Assembly (NCBI GenBank): GCA_963802255.1
Contig: CAWDHY010000001.1
Coordinates: 491,842 to 555,841, forward strand
Reading direction: 5' to 3'
DNA: 64,000 nt
From: Candidatus Magasanikiibacteriota bacterium
GTDB lineage: Bacteria > Patescibacteriota > Patescibacteriia > Magasanikbacterales > GWA2-37-8
Within the stretch, counting starts at the first letter, position 1. Each line of letters begins with the position of its first letter. The notes beneath the pieces were generated by a model. The model was not told where the DNA came from. It saw nothing but the letters and a program-made list of their open reading frames with translations, and did not search any database. The translations under genes were made by a program, and so were the position numbers. This document shows, piece after piece, positions 61,911 through 64,000 of the stretch.

Positions 61911-62737
61911 AATTCGTGCGGATAATAACGGCGGTTATTCCGCCATTTAAAAAAATACTTCAGCCAGCTGATAATGTGAACGCGGGTAAATGGATTCGTA
62001 ATAAGTGCGCGCAATACACCGGGCACTTTTGCCGAAGCGCGTCCATGAGTATGCCTCAAATATATGTCGTGTACATAATAAACCGCCCATCCGGCTTCCC
62101 AGAGACGACGGCATAAATCACTATCTTCGGCATACATAAAATATCGTTCATCAAAACCTCCGACCTGTTCATATGCTTCTCTGCGAAAAAACATGGCCGA
62201 ACCCATAACCCAGTCAACCGGCATGGTACGATTGTGATCAAAATCCTTCATTAAGTATCTGCTTGTAGATTTTTTTCCGGTCTCCGTCTGACCGATGCTT
62301 GTTCTCGAAAAAACCGGCTGAAAAAAAGACGGAAAACGATAACAAGAGAATTGAAGGGATCCATCCGGATAAAATATTTTCGGTCCTGCCATTCCGATTT
62401 TTGGATTTTCATCCATAAATCTTTTCATACGCGACAAAAAATTCTGGCCGGAAGGAAATTCAGTATCCGGATTTAACATAAAATAATACTTCGCCTGTAT
62501 GGCTTCAAAGGCGCGGTTGTGCGAATAACCGAAGCCCATATTATTTTCTTGTTTTATCACTTTGAGATTGGTATATTTTTTTTCCAGATCCTCGACATTT
62601 TCACCGGACGCGTTGTCTATAATAACAACACCAAAATTCAGTTCGGAACCGACTGAATCGCCATAAAGCGTATCAAGAGATTTTTCTATCTCCGCTCGTT
62701 CTTTCGTATTTACCATTGTTACACAAATATCAAACAT
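61907..62737 (-). CDS. GT2 family glycosyltransferase (rhamnosyltransferase-like)
   Basis: IDNAS, NMGFG..HN, LNPD, DWVMGS, FDERYFMYAEDSD. Confidence 0.92.
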   Translation of the reverse strand: MFDICVTMVNTKERAEIEKSLDTLYGDSVGSELNFGVVIIDNASGENVEDLEKKYTNLKVIKQENNMGFGYSHNRAFEAIQAKYYFMLNPDTEFPSGQNFLSRMKRFMDENPKIGMAGPKIFYPDGSLQFSCYRFPSFFQPVFSRTSIGQTETGKKSTSRYLMKDFDHNRTMPVDWVMGSAMFFRREAYEQVGGFDERYFMYAEDSDLCRRLWEAGWAVYYVHDIYLRHTHGRASAKVPGVLRALITNPFTRVHIISWLKYFFKWRNNRRYYPHEL

Positions 62738-62743
62738 ACGGCA

Positions 62744-63835
62744 CTAAAGCCACCAACGCCTTAAACCTTTCCAGTAAAGACGTCTTGATTTAATTATCGA
62801 TTTTCTGGCCTCACGGGTGTATTTGCGAGATTTGACAATCTCCGCCAATCCTTTGAATACAACTTTCGGATCTGAAAATAATAAATAAAAAAACTTCTTC
62901 ATCTCATACCAAAAAATAAACGGAAAATCGATCAAAAAATTCTGCCAGCACTCATTTTTATATAACGTCCTTAAATGATTTTTATAAGAATGATATCTGA
63001 CAAAAAACGACTGACCGGCCTTATTCTTTAAAGCTGACCAATCACTCATTTTTTTCGGCCCGGCTCCCGTGCGGTCATGATAAACGGCTGTATCCAGAAT
63101 TACATAGGAAACATACCCGGCGTTGCGCAATCTATAAGCCAAGTCAAGATCTTCTTTATACGAATGATAAGTCGGATCAAATATATTGCCGCCCGGCAAT
63201 AAAACAGCGTCTATAACGCTTTTTCGGTAGACGGAAAACGCACCGGAAACGCCGAATACTTCAAGGGCGGTTTTGTCGAATATTTTTTGCACATCAAGAG
63301 AAGAACTGTCTTTAGCCCATTCCTGGCGAGTAAGCCATTCCACGGCTCGCCTGTTGCGGAATAGCCGGATGCCAACCGCGTCAATCTGTGATGTTAGTCC
63401 GTTTTGAATTGCCAATGTAATATCAGCGCCGTCCTGTGAACCGGCATTGGAACGCTCAAAATCCCATCGCATCAGTCGCGGCGCGACCGCGGCAGTATTT
63501 TCATGCGCATCCAAAAAAAATACTGATTTTTCCAAAACATCCGGCATCAGATATGTATCCACATTCAATAAAACAAAATAAGGCGTGTGGGTCTCCCGGT
63601 AAGCCTGATTATGCCCGGACGCAAAACCAAGGTTCTCATTATTCCATAAAAAACGAGCTTCAATCCCCGACCCTTCCAGTGCGCTTTTAATCAAATCCGA
63701 AGTATTATCTGTTGACGCATTGTCGACAATTATCAACTCGAAATCTTTAAACGTTTGATTTCTTAATGAAGCTAATAAATATGGAATATAACGCGCGCCA
63801 TTATGAACGACTAAATTGACGCTTAACTTATGCAT
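62744..63835 (-). CDS. GT2 family glycosyltransferase
   Basis: VDNASTD, NLGFASGHN, LNVD, YKEDLDLAYR; start at MHKLS. Confidence 0.92.
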   Translation of the reverse strand: MHKLSVNLVVHNGARYIPYLLASLRNQTFKDFELIIVDNASTDNTSDLIKSALEGSGIEARFLWNNENLGFASGHNQAYRETHTPYFVLLNVDTYLMPDVLEKSVFFLDAHENTAAVAPRLMRWDFERSNAGSQDGADITLAIQNGLTSQIDAVGIRLFRNRRAVEWLTRQEWAKDSSSLDVQKIFDKTALEVFGVSGAFSVYRKSVIDAVLLPGGNIFDPTYHSYKEDLDLAYRLRNAGYVSYVILDTAVYHDRTGAGPKKMSDWSALKNKAGQSFFVRYHSYKNHLRTLYKNECWQNFLIDFPFIFWYEMKKFFYLLFSDPKVVFKGLAEIVKSRKYTREARKSIIKSRRLYWKGLRRWWL

Positions 63836-63839
63836 AACA

Positions 63840-64000
63840 TTATTTATTAATAACGAAAGTAATGGCAATGGCTACCGGCCGAAAGATGGCAATCCAGATC
63901 CACTTATACCACGGTTCCCATTTCATAAAATATTGCAGCATGCTTTTGGTAAAATTTTTCTGCTTCCACAGCACCGGCATTTTTTTAAAACTTTGACCGA
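63840..64000 (-). CDS. C-terminal end of a probable GT2 glycosyltransferase (starts outside window)
   Basis: Manual translation ...GQSFKKMPVLWKQKNFTKSMLQYFMKWEPWYKWIWIAIFRP...NK*; lies in the GT2 run. Confidence 0.6.
   Translation of the reverse strand, partial: GQSFKKMPVLWKQKNFTKSMLQYFMKWEPWYKWIWIAIFRPVAIAITFVINK

Overview
AT-rich bacterial chromosome segment (standard code 11). The gene repertoire and mostly SD-less gene starts suggest a Patescibacteria/CPR (Parcubacteria-like) genome; this is an inference. Most of the window is housekeeping on the minus strand: UvrD (partial), a complete F1Fo ATP synthase operon, tatD, metG, rsmI, an Rrf2-IscS-IscU-ferredoxin cluster, thiI, proS, uppP, ftsEX, murE, murG, dnaG-rpoD, a MacAB-like ABC exporter, a CCA-adding enzyme, pilT and dTDP-sugar/GT2 genes. 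It also has a cell-surface cluster (cohesin/Ig-like, dockerin, WxL-like) and seven tRNAs, none with encoded CCA. The main discovery is a ~155-175 bp structured non-coding element downstream of three different tRNA genes (Asn, Lys, Pro). The copies share a covarying core. Each has a left arm antisense to, and a right arm directly duplicating, the 3' end of its own neighbouring tRNA. Other highlights are a tRNA-Asn(GTT) split in the anticodon by a 604-nt group I intron carrying an HNH endonuclease, an unannotated 46-aa metallothionein-like ORF, a standalone 37-aa basic ORF, a translin/TRAX-like RNase beside tRNA-Lys, a GC-rich HD-domain islet, and three genes broken by apparent single-base insertions.
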